64,000 nt of DNA from Octopus bimaculoides. Its lineage: Eukaryota. The position numbers and the translations under genes are program-made. The stretch is taken from NCBI RefSeq assembly GCF_001194135.2, contig NC_069006.1, forward strand, positions 17,773,313-17,837,312. The letters run 5' to 3'. The notes under the pieces are model-generated. The model saw only the letters and a program-made list of their open reading frames with translations, made no database searches and was not told the DNA's origin. Shown piece by piece: positions 62,571 through 64,000 of this stretch; the stretch's first letter is position 1, and each line of letters begins with the position of its first letter.

Positions 62571-63170
62571 TGTGTATGTGTGTGACTTGTCCCCCACCAC
62601 CACTTGGCAACCAGTGTTAGTGTGTTTATGTCCTTGTAACTTAGTAGTTCAGCAAATGAGACCAATAGAAATTAAAATACTTCAAGCTGGTGCCCCAGCA
62701 AGGCCACAGTCTAATGACTGAAACAAACAGAAGATACACACACATACACACATATAAAGTGTAGGTGTAGCAAGTGTGGCTGTGTGGTAAGAAGCTTGCT
62801 TCCCAACCACATGGTTTGGGTTCAGTCCTACTGCATGACCCTTTGAACAAGTATCATCTACTGCAGCCCCAGGCTGACCAAAGCATTGTGAGTGGATTTG
62901 TAGATAGAAACTGAAAGAAGCCCATCGTATTTGTATGTGTGTCTGTGAATGTATCTTTGTGCCTTTGGTGTCTGTTGCCCACCACCACCACTTGACAACC
63001 GGTGTTGGTTTGTTTACATCCCTGTAATTCAGCAGTTCAGCAAAAGAAGCCGATAGGATAAGTATCAGGCTTAAAAATAAGTACCGGGCTGAATCTGTTT
63101 GACTAAACCCTTTAAGGCAGTGCCCCAGCATGGCCACTGTCCAATGACTAAAACAAGTAAATGTAAAAGA
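62360..63170 (+). mobile_element. Two tandem SINE family A copies
   Basis: Heads at about 62361 and 62776. Confidence 0.9.
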
Positions 63171-63213
63171 TATATAGTAATAATAATAGTAGTACTAGCA
63201 CCAGCATCGGTCC

Positions 63214-63712
63214 AGATGGACTATATGTAATCTGAACCTTTCCCCCCTTGTTTTATTTTATTTTTTTTACGGAATCCCACGTTTTAGGCTATGGAGATTC
63301 CGATTCTGANNNNNNNNNNNNNNNNNNNNNNNNNNNNNNNNNNNNNNNNNNNNNNNNNNNNNNNNNNNNNNNNNNNNNNNNNNNNNNNNNNNNNNNNNNN
63401 NNNNNNNNNNNNNNNNNNNNNNNNNNNNNNNNNNNNNNNNNNNNNNNNNNNNNNNNNNNNNNNNNNNNNNNNNNNNNNNNNNNNNNNNNNNNNNNNNNNN
63501 NNNNNNNNNNNNNNNNNNNNNNNNNACTAGTTTTGTGAGATTTGGCTGTTATTTCTAGCATGTAAATAGCCTGCTTGGTGGGGGGGGGGGTTGAAATTTT
63601 TCAAAGAATTTTTTTTCAGAATCGGAATCTCTATAGCCTAAAACGTGGGATTCCGTAAAAAAAAAATTAATAAATAAGGGGGGGAAAGGTTCAGATTACA
63701 TATAGTCCATCT
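63214..63712. mobile_element. Fold-back element with inverted ends of at least 95 bp spanning a gap
   Basis: 63214-63309 is the imperfect reverse complement of 63616-63712. Confidence 0.75.
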
Positions 63713-64000
63713 CTACCCCAGCATCACTACAGTCTACAGCACTCCTTGTCATTGTACTATTGCTACCAATAATGACCTACAATAGTAATAATACACCCCT
63801 CCCTTAAAAAGAGGAAGATGAGGTGGTCACGGCTGGAATGTCTTTGATCATAGGTTTGCTTGATCAGGGCTGACCCGGAGCGAAACTACCACAACACTAG
63901 CAGTAGTTCCATCAGGGCCACTACCAGCGTCACATTCAGCAGTAGCAACAATAACACTCTCACCTCCCACCACCACTACTAATGCTACTACTACTACTAC

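Noticed and set aside
1391-62665. Many HTHT, YIYI, CVCV and LSLS ORFs, and repeated FFQFPSTKSTHKALVGPRL-type peptides
   Set aside because: They are translations of dinucleotide microsatellites and of SINE A bodies.
5840-63561. Long ORFs in the track that contain X runs (e.g. 25657-26848, 41230-42188, 50617-51261)
   Set aside because: They stay open only because they cross N-gaps.

Overview
AT-rich eukaryotic animal DNA, dense in microsatellites and repeats, from a gapped draft assembly with about a dozen N-gaps. The SINE and MITE families look like those of Octopus; this is inferred from recalled repeat sequences, not from a search. No complete protein-coding gene can be supported. Almost all ORFs in the track come from N-gaps, microsatellites or SINEs. 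The window reads as a long intron or regulatory region, probably of a + strand gene. It contains more than 40 SINE copies of at least 4 families, hAT-, piggyBac-, mariner- and pogo-like MITEs, three long fold-back elements, a Helentron-type HINE, decayed RTE-like LINE pieces and Penelope-like tails. The best leads are: (1) a textbook recursive-splice site (pyrimidine tract, then AG|GTAAGT) at 40588/40589; (2) two type I hammerhead ribozyme motifs at 43744-43798 (+) and 48821-48901 (-); (3) a locally duplicated ~245 bp module in which both copies keep cag|ATCT|gtRagt, a possible 4-nt microexon; (4) a pri-miRNA-like hairpin at 15121-15196; (5) the same hAT MITE family inserted twice, in opposite orientations, at the same site of a SINE. 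All structures were read by eye. Repeat boundaries are approximate.
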